Source of the DNA: Pseudomonadota bacterium
GTDB taxonomy: Bacteria; Myxococcota_A; Polyangia; Palsa-1104; JAEUJZ01
NCBI GenBank assembly: GCA_035340095.1
Contig: DAORGN010000004.1
Location: 1 to 60,451, forward strand
Direction: 5' to 3'
Length of the DNA stretch: 60,451 nucleotides
The notes under the pieces are model-generated. The model searched no databases, was not told where the DNA came from, and saw only the letters and a list, made by a program, of their open reading frames with translations. How positions within the stretch are numbered: the first letter of the stretch is position 1; every line of letters begins with the position of its first letter. Of this stretch, positions 37,623 to 46,197 are shown in pieces. The translations under genes were made by a program, and so were the position numbers.

Positions 37623-38859
37623 GGGAGTCTCCTTCTGCAGCAGCCGGGGTGAGCAGCCGCTCGATCAGTTCGCGAACCGCAGGACGAGTGGTCAGCACCA
37701 TCATCGTGGCGATGAGTGCGAGGATCTCCAGCGTGTAAACAAGCCCGGTGTAGCCCTGCATAAACACCGCAGCAGTTGGTACGCACAGCGACGATACGAT
37801 AAGACCCAAGACATACCGCCGCGCCCCCGCAGGAAGCACCCGTCCCAGATAGAACAGAAGCAGTCCGCCCGCCACCAGCAGAGAAAGACCCCACGCGGGA
37901 TAGAAGCTCATGAACGCCGCAAAGTACGCCAAAAGGACAAAGAACAGCGCGTAGCTTGCCGCGATCAGATAGCTTTCGTAAATCTTCAGCGGATGCGCAA
38001 AGTAAAGACACAGCGCCGTCAGCCCGAAGAAGAACAGAAGGAAGGGAGCCCAGCCGCGCCGCACCATGGTTGCGATCAGGTGATCATATGATTTTTCCGA
38101 CGGCAAGATCACGCCGACCGGGATTCCTGATTGCAGCGATTGGTAGTTCCAGGACAGCCACACTTCATCGCCTTTGCTGCGGCTTTCTGTGGCCGGAACG
38201 ACCCCATCGGCATAGTCGAAGTTGTCCCCACCACGGATGTGCATTCCCAAGCGGAAATTGCGAACCGGAGCCGCTGGATCGAGACTGTATGTGAAAGCAT
38301 CCAGACCGCGACCGCGGAACTCTACCCGAAAAGTAACCTTGGCCCCGGCTTTCAGTCTGCCGGTCCACAGAAGTCTGTCACTGCCACTTTCCAGTTCGGC
38401 CTTTGTCGGCTGTCCATCGACGGAAAACAGCAAGTTGGATAGCAGGACTTTGTTCTTTTCCATGTTGATGGGAAAGACAAATGCGATGTCGATGTCGCGC
38501 CCCTGATCGTTTTCCGCAGCGTAGTCACCGCGGAAACTGAAATCGAAACCCGAAAAGTAGACCAGCCCGCGCTTGCGATAGTTCATCGCGGCATCCACTG
38601 TGACTTCTTGGGATTGCAAAGGCAGCGCCGTCAAGCTGTTGAACACGGCTCCGCTTGGGACGTATCGCACCGACGGACCAGGCTGCACAATCGGAGCCCC
38701 CCAGCGATCCATCACATCGCGATACAGCTCGCTGCTTGCGAAGTTGCGGCGATCGGTCATCTGGGTCGAAATGGCGGTACTTACCACCATCACGATGAGC
38801 AGACTCGATGCGAAGTGGTATCGGGACAACAGCCGGAACAGAGAGAGGATTCGTTTCAT
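37612..38859 (-). CDS. CreD-like inner membrane protein
   Basis: N-terminal TM, DRR...VMDRWGAPIVQPGP, periplasmic domain, C-terminal multi-TM block with HPL...YLIAASYALFFVLL; AGGAG SD. Confidence 0.65.
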   Translation of the reverse strand: MKRILSLFRLLSRYHFASSLLIVMVVSTAISTQMTDRRNFASSELYRDVMDRWGAPIVQPGPSVRYVPSGAVFNSLTALPLQSQEVTVDAAMNYRKRGLVYFSGFDFSFRGDYAAENDQGRDIDIAFVFPINMEKNKVLLSNLLFSVDGQPTKAELESGSDRLLWTGRLKAGAKVTFRVEFRGRGLDAFTYSLDPAAPVRNFRLGMHIRGGDNFDYADGVVPATESRSKGDEVWLSWNYQSLQSGIPVGVILPSEKSYDHLIATMVRRGWAPFLLFFFGLTALCLYFAHPLKIYESYLIAASYALFFVLLAYFAAFMSFYPAWGLSLLVAGGLLLFYLGRVLPAGARRYVLGLIVSSLCVPTAAVFMQGYTGLVYTLEILALIATMMVLTTRPAVRELIERLLTPAAAEGDSHAA

Positions 38860-39017
38860 TGCGTTCTCCTTCGTCACGCCGATGCAGCCGACGTGATGAA
38901 AGAGAGCCTAGCGAACGAAAGTGCAGTGGCTTTGGCAGGACAAAGGAAAGCTGATGGAGAGATTGTGCAAAACTTGCGTAGAGACCAAAGTCGCGGCGTT
39001 TCCGACGGTGAATCGGT

Positions 39018-41258
39018 CTAGAAGACCGGCGCCATCAGGTCTTCTTTCTTCTTTTTGCCGCCCTTTTCCTTGACCGCTTTGCCGTCTTTTGGCTCCTTGG
39101 GTTCCTTCGCAGCCTTTCCTTCCTTCGGCTCCTTGGGTTCCTTCGCAGCCTTTCCTTCCTTCGGCTCCTTGGGTTCCTTTGCAGCCTTGCCTTCTTTTGG
39201 CTCCTTGGGTTCCTTCGCAGCCTTTCCTTCCTTCGGTTCCTTGGGTTCCTTCGCAGCCTTTCCTTCTTTGGGCTCCTTCGGTTCCTTCGGCTCCTTGACT
39301 TCCTTCGGCTCTTTCGCGGCGACGGCTTCCGTCTTGCCCTTCGGCGTCGATCCGGTGTCCATACTTGGCTCGCTCGGTTTTTCCTGCTTCGCGAGCGTGA
39401 TGGCGATGTTCTGGTCTTCGCTCGGATGGATGGTGCGGCTTTCTTCCTGATACCCGGACGCGCGAATCTTCAGGCTGAATTCGCCGCTGTCCTTTTTCAC
39501 ATCGAAGGTATAGGGCGCTTTGACGACATTTTTTCCATCCGGGCCACTCTGTTCGATCTCGGCATCCGGGGGATCTGTCTTCACCGAAATATGGACCGCA
39601 ACGGCCTTCTGCGGCGCAGCCACCACCGTCGGAGCCCCACCGCGAAACTGCTTGACCCCAAACATTGACAGCGATCCGACCAGCATCGCTGCGGCAAATC
39701 CAGCCAGCACCGTTGCTGGTTTGCGTCGACCTGCCGTCTCCCCGTTGGCCCCCGACAGCGTTGACCGAGCCCCCGACTGCGCCGCAGGACTGGGAATCGA
39801 TTCCACCGGTGCACTCGGCTGCGGCGTCGACGGAGTCTGCGCCCGCGGCCCACTGCCCGGCTGCACCGCCCCCATCTGCATCGACGGTCCCGGCGTCATG
39901 CTCGGCATCTGCAAAGATTGCATCTGCCCTGGCTGCATCACCCCCGACGCCATCGGATGCCCCGGAATCATCCCCGGTTGCACCACGCCTGATGCCATCG
40001 GATTGCCCGCTCGCATCTGCTGCTGCATTTGCTGCTGCTGCATCTGCTGCTGCATTTGCATCTGCTGCATCTGCTGCATCTGCTGCATTTGCATCTGCTG
40101 CTGCATTTGCATCTGCTGCTGCATTTGCATCTGCTGCATCTGCTGCCAGTTCGGCTGGCCGTACTGACCCGGATTGCTCATCGCAGCCTGCGGCATCATC
40201 GCCGGCATCGCCGCACTGGCCCCCGGTGGACGCATCACCCCGCTCTGCGCCGGATTCACAATTCCCGACGACATCGGCCCGCCCATCAGGTTCATCGGTC
40301 CGCTTGGCATCATCGCCGCCGACATCACCACCGATCCGCTGCCAGGCAGCGGCACCGGACCGTTGGCACGCGGCGCTGGCTGACCCTGCATAAACGACTG
40401 GAAGTGCGGCATCGGGTCGACGAGCGCAAGCTGCATGTCGTTCATCGACTGGAAGCGGTCTTCCCTCTTTTTGCGAAGGCAGCGCATCACAATCGCTTCC
40501 AGCTCCGCTGGGACATTCTGATTCACCGTCCGAGGCGGGTCCGGCTCTCGCGTCAGGTGCGCCACCAGCACTTCGCCAAACCCTTCGCCGGGGAACGGCA
40601 CCTTGCCGGTCAAAAGTTCATACATCACGACGCCGAGCGCATAAATGTCGGCGCGGTGATCGATGTTGCCTTTGCCATCGCACTGCTCCGGGCTCATGTA
40701 CGTCGGCGTGCCGATCACCATGCCCGTGCGCGTCTTTTGGCTCATCGCGCCGTCTTCTGTCGTCAGCTTGGCGATACCAAAGTCGAGCAGTTTGACGTAG
40801 TTGCGATCACTAGGCCGATTCACCAAGAAGATGTTTTCGGGCTTGAGGTCTCGGTGTACGACGCCCTTGGCATGGCTGGCGGCGAGCGCCGAGCAGCACT
40901 GCGCCAGAATGCTGACACTTTCGCGAATCGTGACGCCTTCCCGTCGCATCCGCGCCGACAGCGATTCGCCGTCGAGGAACTCCATCATGATGTACTTGAA
41001 GGTCGTTCCGTCGACAGTTGCTTCGCCAAAGTCGATGATGTCTACGATGTTCGGATGGTTGATGTCGTTGACAGCCTTGGCTTCGTTAAAGAAGCGGGTG
41101 ACGACATCGGCTTTGTCGGACAGCTCGGGGTGCAGCACTTTGACGGCGACTTTTTTGCCGATCTGCGGATGGACGCCCATGTAGACGATGCCCATACCGC
41201 CTTCGCCGAGCTTGCCTTGAATGTCGTAATTGCCGAGCCGCTTGCCTATCAGAGACAT
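39018..41258 (-). CDS. membrane Hanks-type Ser/Thr kinase with PEGA-like extracytoplasmic domain
   Basis: LGEGGMGIVY, VAVK, HRDLKPEN, DFG, GTPTYMSPE; one TM (VLAGFAAAMLVGSLSMFGV); VKTDPPDAEI (PEGA-like). Confidence 0.95.
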   Translation of the reverse strand: MSLIGKRLGNYDIQGKLGEGGMGIVYMGVHPQIGKKVAVKVLHPELSDKADVVTRFFNEAKAVNDINHPNIVDIIDFGEATVDGTTFKYIMMEFLDGESLSARMRREGVTIRESVSILAQCCSALAASHAKGVVHRDLKPENIFLVNRPSDRNYVKLLDFGIAKLTTEDGAMSQKTRTGMVIGTPTYMSPEQCDGKGNIDHRADIYALGVVMYELLTGKVPFPGEGFGEVLVAHLTREPDPPRTVNQNVPAELEAIVMRCLRKKREDRFQSMNDMQLALVDPMPHFQSFMQGQPAPRANGPVPLPGSGSVVMSAAMMPSGPMNLMGGPMSSGIVNPAQSGVMRPPGASAAMPAMMPQAAMSNPGQYGQPNWQQMQQMQMQQQMQMQQQMQMQQMQQMQQMQMQQQMQQQQMQQQMRAGNPMASGVVQPGMIPGHPMASGVMQPGQMQSLQMPSMTPGPSMQMGAVQPGSGPRAQTPSTPQPSAPVESIPSPAAQSGARSTLSGANGETAGRRKPATVLAGFAAAMLVGSLSMFGVKQFRGGAPTVVAAPQKAVAVHISVKTDPPDAEIEQSGPDGKNVVKAPYTFDVKKDSGEFSLKIRASGYQEESRTIHPSEDQNIAITLAKQEKPSEPSMDTGSTPKGKTEAVAAKEPKEVKEPKEPKEPKEGKAAKEPKEPKEGKAAKEPKEPKEGKAAKEPKEPKEGKAAKEPKEPKEGKAAKEPKEPKDGKAVKEKGGKKKKEDLMAPVF
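39072..39287 (-). repeat. 36-nt tandem repeat x6 encoding KEPKEPKEGKAA
   Basis: gcagcc recurs every 36 nt; five GKAA units and one DGKAV unit. Confidence 0.92.
40013..40146 (-). repeat. CAG/CAA/ATG microsatellite-like tract encoding poly-(Gln/Met)
   Basis: QQMQQMQMQQQMQMQQQMQMQQMQQMQQMQMQQQMQQQQMQQQM. Confidence 0.92.
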
Positions 41259-41517
41259 CGATCCCTAGCCCTCTCTGGTTTCGGCAGTCCACCCGCTGAG
41301 AAGTTGCGTACCCGTTCTTTTTGCACGCTCAAGTCGAAGATGGCTGCGTATTCATCATACCACGCGAGAGCGACATGCGGCGCGGTTTGCGAGGTCATCG
41401 CAGGTCGCGCGATGTTGTGCAGCTTGCGTAGCCTTGGGGCTGTCGGGCAATATAGGCCGCTCGCACGGGCCCCGATCCACAATGGCCCTGTAATATTTCC
41501 GACTCCCGAGGGTATTC

Positions 41518-42213
41518 ATGTCGCAACTTGCACTCGCGCTGGCCATCGTATCGACCCTACCTGCGGCCCTTCAGGCAACGCCTGCCCCGACGGCAGCAGT
41601 CCCTGGCCAACCCGCCGCGTATGTTCCGCCAGGCGCACCGACCACACCGCCCACCGAAGATGTGGCGGCCAAAGAACTCTCGAAGAAGTTCACAGCGTTT
41701 ATAAAGTGTGAAGAAGGGCGCAAAGATCCGCTGATGCACTACTGCGCACTGACGAGGCTCAGCAGTGATCCGATCTGGACGCCCGGCCAGCCCGTGAGCT
41801 ACGCCGGCCTGACCGTGTTTGTGAAGACGGGTGCCGATCTCAAAAAATCGGTGTCTGAGCCTGCCGCGCTGTCGGTGTTGCACCTCGGACCCTCGTCGGC
41901 CAAGCTGCTGAGCTTGGGGGCGGCCTCGACTCCCGATGGAAAAGCGACGGCACAAACGCTGCAAAAAGCGCTGGCCGGTGAACTCAAAGAACCGCCGGTG
42001 CTGCCGCAGGCCGTGACCAGCACTTGGAAAAACGACGCGCATGGTGGTCGGACACCGCTCAAGATTGACCGGCTGTACGCCGACATCACCAGCAGTCCGC
42101 CGGTGCGCATCTTCCGTGCTGAATCGCCCCATGGTGCGGCGTTTGTCACCGTCGAGACACTTCCAGATGGACAGCGTTTTTCGGTGTTCCCACTGAGCGC
42201 CGGCATTCAGTAA
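41518..42213 (+). CDS. hypothetical secreted protein
   Basis: Signal peptide, Pro/Ala linker, Cys pair; GAGGG SD. Confidence 0.7.
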   Translation: MSQLALALAIVSTLPAALQATPAPTAAVPGQPAAYVPPGAPTTPPTEDVAAKELSKKFTAFIKCEEGRKDPLMHYCALTRLSSDPIWTPGQPVSYAGLTVFVKTGADLKKSVSEPAALSVLHLGPSSAKLLSLGAASTPDGKATAQTLQKALAGELKEPPVLPQAVTSTWKNDAHGGRTPLKIDRLYADITSSPPVRIFRAESPHGAAFVTVETLPDGQRFSVFPLSAGIQ

Positions 42214-42260
42214 GCCGCAAGCTCCGATCTTCAACCAAACCCAGCCATCGAGTCAGGCGC

Positions 42261-42836
42261 GTGCGGCGAATTCATCCCCAAACACAGCTTCGCGCGGGGC
42301 AACCCAGCACGGCCCAGTTTTTCGCAGCGATCGGTCTGCTCCTTTTGCTGGGTGCGGGCTGCAAAAAAGAACCGCCGCTCGTCATTGATGTGCGGGTCGA
42401 TTTGGCGTCGCCCGCTGCGGCTGCAGATCTGGCCAAACCCCCTGCCCTGCCCGTGGTCAGCGTCCCGCCCCAAAGCGGTGAAGAGCCCACCATCGAGCTA
42501 AGCGGCGTTGTGCGCATCGGTCCGTCGGGGCGTCCCCGCTATCCCGTTTCGGTGATCGTCGCGAGCGGGGACTGCACAAGCCCCAGTTCACGCCTGCTGC
42601 GCCGCGTTCCGCTCAGTGACACCGACAGCTTTTTCGTCGTTGTGATGGCCGATCCAGGCGAGCAGCTCACCGTCTGCGCGGCTTCAGAACCGTCGCCCGG
42701 TCTGCCCACGCCGATTTGGGTCAAAAGCGATCCAATCACCGTCGGTCCGGCGAGTGAACAGGCGGTGTCCAACCTATCGCTTGTGCTGCGCAGCGCCGAG
42801 CCAAAGACGTTTTCAACCGCAGCGCGCAAGAAATGA
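42261..42836 (+). CDS. hypothetical lipoprotein
   Basis: LLLGAGC lipobox; ATGA overlap with the next gene. Confidence 0.7.
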   Translation: MRRIHPQTQLRAGQPSTAQFFAAIGLLLLLGAGCKKEPPLVIDVRVDLASPAAAADLAKPPALPVVSVPPQSGEEPTIELSGVVRIGPSGRPRYPVSVIVASGDCTSPSSRLLRRVPLSDTDSFFVVVMADPGEQLTVCAASEPSPGLPTPIWVKSDPITVGPASEQAVSNLSLVLRSAEPKTFSTAARKK

Positions 42837-43402
42837 CCATGATGGCGTACTTTCGGCATGAAACCGCTTGGGTGGACGAAGGTGCCGAAATCGGTGAAGG
42901 CTGCCGAATTTGGCATTTTTGTCACGTCAGCGCCGGGGCCAGGCTAGGCCGAGACTGCGTGCTGGGGCAAAATGTCTTCGTCGCCAAAACCGCCGTCTTG
43001 GGAAGCTGTGTGCGTGTCCAGAACAACGTTTCGATCTACGATGGCGTGGTGTTAGAAGACCAAGTCTTCGTCGGCCCAAGCGCGGTGTTTACAAACGTCG
43101 TGAATCCGCGTGCCCACGTCTCTCGCAAGTCGGAATATCGCCAAACTGTCGTCGGACGCGGTGCAACCATTGGCGCCAACGCCACCATCGTTTGCGGCCA
43201 CCAAATCGGTCCTTACGCCTTCATCGGTGCCGGTGCGGTCGTCACCCGCGATGTTCCCGCCCACCAGCTTTGGGTCGGCGTCCCGGCGCGTTTCGTCGGC
43301 TGGGTCTGCGCCTGCGGTGAACGGCTTCCCGACGATTCGCTGCACTGTGCGGGCTGCGGAAGCGGCTATGTTCTGCGAGGAGAAACCTTATGCGCGCTGT
43401 AG
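42833..43402 (+). CDS. hexapeptide-repeat N-acetyltransferase (WbpD/WlbB-like)
   Basis: HETAWVDEGAEIGEGCRIWHFCHV, LGQNVFV, VQNNVS, GPSAVFTNVVNPRA, WVCACGERL. Confidence 0.9.
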   Translation: MTMMAYFRHETAWVDEGAEIGEGCRIWHFCHVSAGARLGRDCVLGQNVFVAKTAVLGSCVRVQNNVSIYDGVVLEDQVFVGPSAVFTNVVNPRAHVSRKSEYRQTVVGRGATIGANATIVCGHQIGPYAFIGAGAVVTRDVPAHQLWVGVPARFVGWVCACGERLPDDSLHCAGCGSGYVLRGETLCAL

Positions 43403-44094
43403 TCCCTTTGCTATCGGCTTCGCTGTTTCTGTCTGTGGTGACGTTTCAAGGCGGCTGTGCGTCGTCGCAGCGCATCGCCGATCGCAGCCAACTGCAAAGT
43501 GAACTGGAACTCGCGTTTGACGACGGACAGCCGGCAGAACGACCGCTCTTGCCGGGCGGCGACGGCGAATGGCTGATCCGATTCGATCCGACCCTGCCGG
43601 CCTACAAACCACAGCGCTTGCGCCTGCTCGTCGCACAACCGGGAAAAATTCGCTTTGCGATCTATCGCAGCGATGAAAGCGGACGGCCCGGCGCCAAGCT
43701 GACGTCGCTGGAACGCACCTATGAAGTGAACCACACCTCGAGCGGCATGGACGGCAAGTGGGTACTCGAACCGATCGGCGATCTGCCCGTACTGAGCGGC
43801 ACATTGTGGATTGGGATCTCGGTGCCGACGACCGATCCAACCGCGGCTCGCTTGTGGGTATCGCGCAAAGAATCCGGCCAAGTGTTCCAGCGCGACAGCG
43901 AACCGGGCACCGCGCTGCAATCAACCAAGCTGCCGATGACCCCGATGGTGCGTCTGCTTTTGTCGGCGGAACAGCCAGTGCCCCAGCCCGCGGCAAAGCC
44001 AGCGACGGAAACGGACCCCAAAAAAGCAACGACTGGCGCAGCAGCAACGACGCCCGCCCAAGCGGCGCCGCAAAAGGACAAAGATGCCAAGTGA
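43390..44094 (+). CDS. hypothetical lipoprotein
   Basis: FQGGC lipobox-like signal, beta-rich core; overlaps both neighbours. Confidence 0.7.
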   Translation: MRAVVPLLSASLFLSVVTFQGGCASSQRIADRSQLQSELELAFDDGQPAERPLLPGGDGEWLIRFDPTLPAYKPQRLRLLVAQPGKIRFAIYRSDESGRPGAKLTSLERTYEVNHTSSGMDGKWVLEPIGDLPVLSGTLWIGISVPTTDPTAARLWVSRKESGQVFQRDSEPGTALQSTKLPMTPMVRLLLSAEQPVPQPAAKPATETDPKKATTGAAATTPAQAAPQKDKDAK

Positions 44095-44518
44095 ATTTCA
44101 CAAAGATCGTCCAAGCTTCGAAGAGTCGAGCGAGGACCGTGGCTTTCGTGAGCGACTTGAGCAGCTACTGCCCGACGTGGTGCGGCGCGCGATTTCCGCC
44201 GGCAGCACCGCGATCACGTCGCCCGAAGAGACGATCCGTCGGCTCGTCAGCGAATTTAACCTGCCGCGCGAAGTTGCGACCTATCTGCTCGTGCAGGCGT
44301 CGTCATCGAAAGACGAGCTTCTGCGCGTCGTCGGTCAGGAAGTACGGCGCTTTCTGGAAACGGTGAATGTGTCGGGCGAGCTGCAGAAGCTGCTGACGTC
44401 GCTGTCGTTCGAAATCAAGACCGAGATTCGCTTTATCCCAAACGATGCCGCCGTAAAGCCCGACGTGAAAAACAAAGTCACCGTCAAGCGCGGCAAAGAC
44501 GACAGCAGCGATCCCTAA
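44084..44518 (+). CDS. conserved hypothetical cytoplasmic helical protein
   Basis: RLEQLLPDVVRRAI...LPREVATYLL...KDELLRVVGQEVRRFL...FEIKTEIRF; protein-like composition, overlaps the upstream gene. Confidence 0.75.
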   Translation: MPSEFHKDRPSFEESSEDRGFRERLEQLLPDVVRRAISAGSTAITSPEETIRRLVSEFNLPREVATYLLVQASSSKDELLRVVGQEVRRFLETVNVSGELQKLLTSLSFEIKTEIRFIPNDAAVKPDVKNKVTVKRGKDDSSDP

Positions 44519-44526
44519 ATCAGTCG

Positions 44527-45132
44527 CTACAAAAGCTGGAGCGGCGTGGCGGTTACCAGATCCAAAAATTCCTGCCTTGTCGACGGCTGCTCGATAAAAA
44601 TGCCACGCACCGCGCTCGTCACCAGCCGCGCTTCGTGCGCTTCGACGCCACGCGCTGCCATGCACATGTGCAGACCCTCGATATAGACGCCAGCGCCGCG
44701 CGAATCGAGCCGATTGCACAGAAGTTCCGCCAGCTCATGGGTCAAGTCTTCTTGCAGCACCGGTCGCCGCGCGAGCAGCCGGATCAGCCGGCTTAGCTTG
44801 CTGATCCCCACAACCCGATCTTTTGGCAGATACGCCGCCGAGACGCGATAAATCACCGGCAGCAGGTGGTGTGGACACAGTCCAAAACAGATGTTGTGCT
44901 TGCTGATGACCATTTGGTCGTAGCGCGCCGGAAACGTCTTTTGCAGCAGATCGCTGATCTCGGACTCGATCTCCGCCACTGGTCGAACCATCTCTTGGGC
45001 GGCTTTGGCGGCTCGCTCAGCCGTTTCGCGAAAATTGTCGTCTTCCTGCGTCGGGTAGCCCATAAGTGCGTAGGCCTTCAGCACTTGCTCATAGGCCTGC
45101 ACCAACATCTGCTTGGCATCTTGTTGTGACAT
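44527..45132 (-). CDS. folE: GTP cyclohydrolase I
   Basis: ETAERAAKA, LCPHHLLP, GISKLSRL, RRPVLQEDLT, HMCMAARG. Confidence 0.92.
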   Translation of the reverse strand: MSQQDAKQMLVQAYEQVLKAYALMGYPTQEDDNFRETAERAAKAAQEMVRPVAEIESEISDLLQKTFPARYDQMVISKHNICFGLCPHHLLPVIYRVSAAYLPKDRVVGISKLSRLIRLLARRPVLQEDLTHELAELLCNRLDSRGAGVYIEGLHMCMAARGVEAHEARLVTSAVRGIFIEQPSTRQEFLDLVTATPLQLL

Positions 45133-45357
45133 GGCGTTCTTTCGTGTCGTCGCGACGGTGCGCGTAGGTGTGCGAAGAAGAAAAAGTATCGTAGCATCCG
45201 ATGCCGCCATCCGTCAGCCGACACCATGCGCCGCTCGCGAAGCAAGAATGCCGCCCGCTGCCGCGCCGTCCGACTTGCTGTGCAGGCCGCGGAAACGCTC
45301 GATGCGCAAACCGCGATGGACTTGCGCGAAGATCACGTCTTTCGGAGAATGCGCACC

Positions 45358-46197
45358 ATGATTTCTTCTCATCGACTCGCCCTCGCGGTGACGGCCCTCT
45401 TGACGCTTCCGAGCGTCGCAAGTGCCGCGCCGCCTCACGACTTTTCGATCTACGCGATCCGCATGGGTGGGGATGCGGCGCAGGCCAAGCCCTACGTCGA
45501 TCGTTTCGCCCGGCATCTTGAAACGGTCACTGGCTGGCCAGCCGCGTCGAGCAATGGCGCCTTCTTCACGTCACGCAAAGAAGCGGTGGCAGCGCTTGAT
45601 GCCCAAAAACCCGGCTGGGCCGTCGTCGAGCCATCGCTTTATTTTGAGCTGCGCAAATCGCACAAAGCCGTTGCCGTCGCCCAAGTGGTGAGCAGCGATC
45701 TGAACACCGCGCAGCTCCACGTCATCGTCAAAGATCCGGCAATCAAGTCGCTTTCGGATCTATCCGGCAAGCGCGTCTGGACGCAGCTCGCTGATGCCGG
45801 CAAGTACCTTAGCAACGTGGTGTTCGACGGCAAAGGCGCCGCCGAAACCCGCTTCCAGCTAAAGCAAGTCGGCGTCGTGACCAAAGGCATTCGCGCCGTC
45901 ATCCGCGGCGAGGCCGATGCAACCCTGGTCGATCCCGATCAGCTCGTCGAAGCCAAGAAAATGGAAGGCGGAGCCGATCTGCGCAGCGTTTACACGTCGG
46001 AAGCGCTGCCCGGACTGTTGGTCGTGGCGTTTCCACAGCTTGCAGCGGCGGATCAAAAAAAGCTGAGCACTGCGCTCATCGGGATGTGTGCGACGGCAAA
46101 CGGCGGTCCGGTGTGCAAAGAGATGCACATCCAGAAGTTTGAGGCCGTAAACTCGGCGCAGCTAAGCACCACCGAGAAAAGGTACGAAAAGCCATGA
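45358..46197 (+). CDS. periplasmic PhnD/SsuA/transferrin-fold substrate-binding protein (BstB-like?)
   Basis: Signal peptide, IKSLSDLSGKRV, IRAVIRGEADA, LRSVYTSEALP, C-terminal Cys pair; ATGA-coupled to the next gene. Confidence 0.75.
   Translation: MISSHRLALAVTALLTLPSVASAAPPHDFSIYAIRMGGDAAQAKPYVDRFARHLETVTGWPAASSNGAFFTSRKEAVAALDAQKPGWAVVEPSLYFELRKSHKAVAVAQVVSSDLNTAQLHVIVKDPAIKSLSDLSGKRVWTQLADAGKYLSNVVFDGKGAAETRFQLKQVGVVTKGIRAVIRGEADATLVDPDQLVEAKKMEGGADLRSVYTSEALPGLLVVAFPQLAAADQKKLSTALIGMCATANGGPVCKEMHIQKFEAVNSAQLSTTEKRYEKP

Noticed and set aside
39072-39287. 36-nt repeats as a CRISPR array
   Set aside because: The units are contiguous with no spacers, in frame within a CDS, and there are no cas genes.
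39055-39450. FGSLGSFAAFPS repeat ORF
   Set aside because: Antisense reading of the KEPKE repeat.
39520-41711. Plus-strand ORFs with striking Cys-, Ala- or Leu/His-rich runs (39520..40167, 39665..40393, 40029..41711)
   Set aside because: They are antisense shadows of the poly-(Q/M) tract of the kinase, whose motifs are unambiguous.
44527-45132. folE as part of a 7-deazaguanine DNA-modification or queuosine cluster
   Set aside because: No queC, queD, queE, tgt or dpd genes are in the window; most likely housekeeping folate synthesis.
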